The notes under the pieces are model-generated. The model ran no database searches. It was given only the letters and a program-made list of their open reading frames with translations, and was not told where the DNA came from. A stretch of 16,998 nucleotides of DNA from Ginkgo biloba (Eukaryota; Plantae; Ginkgophyta). The DNA is taken from assembly GCA_024626585.2 (NCBI GenBank), contig JANKJI020000002.1, positions 50,439,176 through 50,456,173 on the forward strand, in the 5' to 3' direction. The translations under genes were made by a program, and so were the position numbers. Shown piece after piece: positions 14,590-16,998 of this stretch (position 1 is its first letter; every line of letters begins with the position of its first letter).

Positions 14590-16998
14590 GAACTTCCATC
14601 ATTCAATTATGATATGTGCTCAATTATTATGTATTAGTTCACAATCCAATAGGGCTCTACTACTTTCTCTAATAATGATTAGATTATGGTCAGTACTAGT
14701 TATATAGCAAGAGAAAGAAGCTTATTTCCCTTCTTTTAATCACTTTCATTCATATCCCTTGTATGGTGCAAGGAGAAGATTTGATCCCTCCTATAGTATG
14801 GGAGATGAGATCAAATTCTAACTTCATCCTCTCTAAGAAGGAGGAGAAGCACGCTGATAATATGGATATAACTCCCTTTTTGTATTTCAATAATAGGATA
14901 TTTATACTCCAAAACACTTAAGAAGATTTTTACTTTTTCCCGTAGTTAAACTACACTTTATAATGGTGATCCATGGATTATTACATGTTACACATCAATA
15001 TTTAATGGTTCTAAGTTTTCTTATGATGCAAGAGCATCACCACCATTTTTTATAAGACCCACCGACAACGACAATCAATGAAGGAAGGGTGATATTTTAG
15101 GAATATAAATGGAGCAAGACACTCACCAAGAAGAAGAGATCGATAATGGTAATAACTAATAATCGATGTAGAGACAACGTGTCTATGAATCAATAAACAT
15201 TTTAGAGGAATAAGCCAAAGAGTGATAATGGAGACGGATCAGTGACTGATGAGGGAAGCCATAAAAGTGACGTTAGTGGAGGATAGGGAAAAAAATCAAA
15301 AATAAGGAGAGAAAAATATTTTGGCTGATGACAAGAGTGAGGGACTCATTAGAGAGCCGACAGAGGAATTAGGATGTCAATAAAAATGGAATGGTGCCAG
15401 TAGGATATTGGTGGAGGACGTATTGGAGGATATATCAGACGATTTGTTAGAGAGGAAGAAACTAATGAAAGATGGAAATAGTCTGACAAAATACAAAGAG
15501 AAGAACCAACAAAGAGGTCAAAGGAAAAGAAAGTGGCAGAGCATTGATCATGAGGCAGTCACTAGGCGAAGGAAAGATAAGATAAAATTAACAAAAGCAC
15601 TAGTATTGGTAATCAGATAACAAGAGAAGAGAAGTGTAGAAGAGAGAATAAGCACCAATAGAGGGAGTCAAGTAGCAACGTTATGAAGGATGATAGTGAA
15701 GCTCAGCGATGATCATAGTGAAGTGTCGAAGGTAAAAAGAAAAGAGAGAGTACCGAGAAGGAAGTATGTGAGAGGAAGATGTATGACAAAGGGGGAGCAC
15801 AATAGACATATGAAGATGAAGATAAAGGGAAATAATGATAATGTCGACCAACAAGGAGGTAAGAATTTATAACAATAATGATAGAAAGGTCAACAACATC
15901 TGACAACGACCATTAGTAGGAGAGAACAATGATAAATCAATAGAGATAAATAATATAGAAGCACATTTTATGAACAAAATAAAGGGGAGAAGATATCAAC
16001 AATGGGGACAAACCAATGAATAATGATCGACATCGAAGGTTGACAGCGATAGGCTAAGATAAAAATGAAAATTAAAGGGAAGATATTTGACAGAGGAAGG
16101 ATGACATAGAGAAATGACAGATGATGGAAGATAAGAGATAGCCAAGTGGTAATAAAAATAGGTGGAGGATGATAGTAGATAAGGGAAAATGGAGAGACAT
16201 CATTTTAAACTAAATTGGAGTAAAAGTAGTAGGTGACCGTGTTGCTTGAAGTAGATATTTCAAAGTAAGAGATTTTAGGACTCGGGGACCTAGAAGAATT
16301 GAATGAGAGATATGCAGACGTAACCATCTTGAAAAAATGGAAGGCATGCAATTATATAAGACAAAAGAAGCTTGAAGCACACTCTTGGGTATAAAAGAAT
16401 AGTGACTCTGCTCCCCCAAGCTACCTAAATAACCATTACTTGGTAGGAAATCATTTTTAAATAACAAGGGATTCCCCAGAGTATCCTAATTTAGTCATGG
16501 TCGAGTACAAGATGCAACACTTGATCATTTTGAACATGATAGATCTCCACCAGTGTTAGGTTAGATTGAGGAAAAGGTAGAAGAGGCCTAGAAAGAGGAG
16601 CAAAAGTTTATAAAGGCAATGGTGGTATCAAAATTAACTTTATGTGCTAAATAATTACTAATGTATCTACTAGTGTATCTAGTCACTATCTCAAATGTGT
16701 CGATCAATATTATAATGTGAAACTGGCTATAAGAATAAGCACTTCATTTTCTCAAACATGGAAAGATTTGCAAACGCTAGAAGATGAGTAAGACTAATAC
16801 CAATTGGACCATTAGTTTGCAAGGACCTTGTTTGAGAGAACGAAGTGTAGTTCATGTGAACTATATAGTGTTGGTGTTACCAAATGACTAAATAGTTGCT
16901 TGTCAAAAGTGATTCAAATTAGATTTATGAAATTTAGATAAATTATCATGTTAAGAGGTGGCAACATCTTGCACATAGGGGATAACCCTACTACATTT
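14590..16998. mobile_element. Highly decayed repeat/TE-derived sequence with strong purine skew on the + strand (about 15000-16200); family unassigned
   Basis: GA-rich, stop-riddled sequence with no splice-consistent exons. ORFs here are low-complexity Lys/Arg/Glu by-products of the skew. Confidence 0.4.

Noticed and set aside
15408-15906. Lys/Arg/Glu-rich ORFs that look like NLS-bearing peptides
   Set aside because: Expected by-product of GA-rich low complexity; surrounded by stops in all frames.

Overview
AT-rich, repeat-laden plant nuclear DNA. A gymnosperm or other large-genome land plant is my inference from composition and repeat style only. The window is a scaffold broken by ten N-gaps, six of them exactly 100 N (1231-1330, 2427-2526, 3651-3750, 5525-5624, 8096-8195, 13119-13218). 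It holds one protein-coding gene on the + strand (8196-11668): a carotenoid cleavage dioxygenase (RPE65/CCD superfamily) that looks like the CCD-like/CCD10 branch rather than NCED, CCD4, CCD7 or CCD8. I reconstructed 14 exons by hand, giving about 662 visible codons; the start codon is lost in the 8096-8195 gap. The gene has all four iron-binding His, a plastid-transit-peptide-like N-terminus, one GC-AG intron and a NAGNAG acceptor. A single 1-bp frameshift in exon 4 makes it either a very young pseudogene/null allele or an assembly error. The flanks are decayed retroelements: two related Ty1/copia pol remnants (one with gag Zn-knuckle, protease, an internal deletion and integrase), a 653-bp solo-LTR-like element, a tRNA-Asp primer-binding site, several diverged local duplications and a micro-insertion with poly(A) and target-site duplication. 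I see no evidence of a wholly new multi-gene system; the CCD-like gene is the most interesting object.
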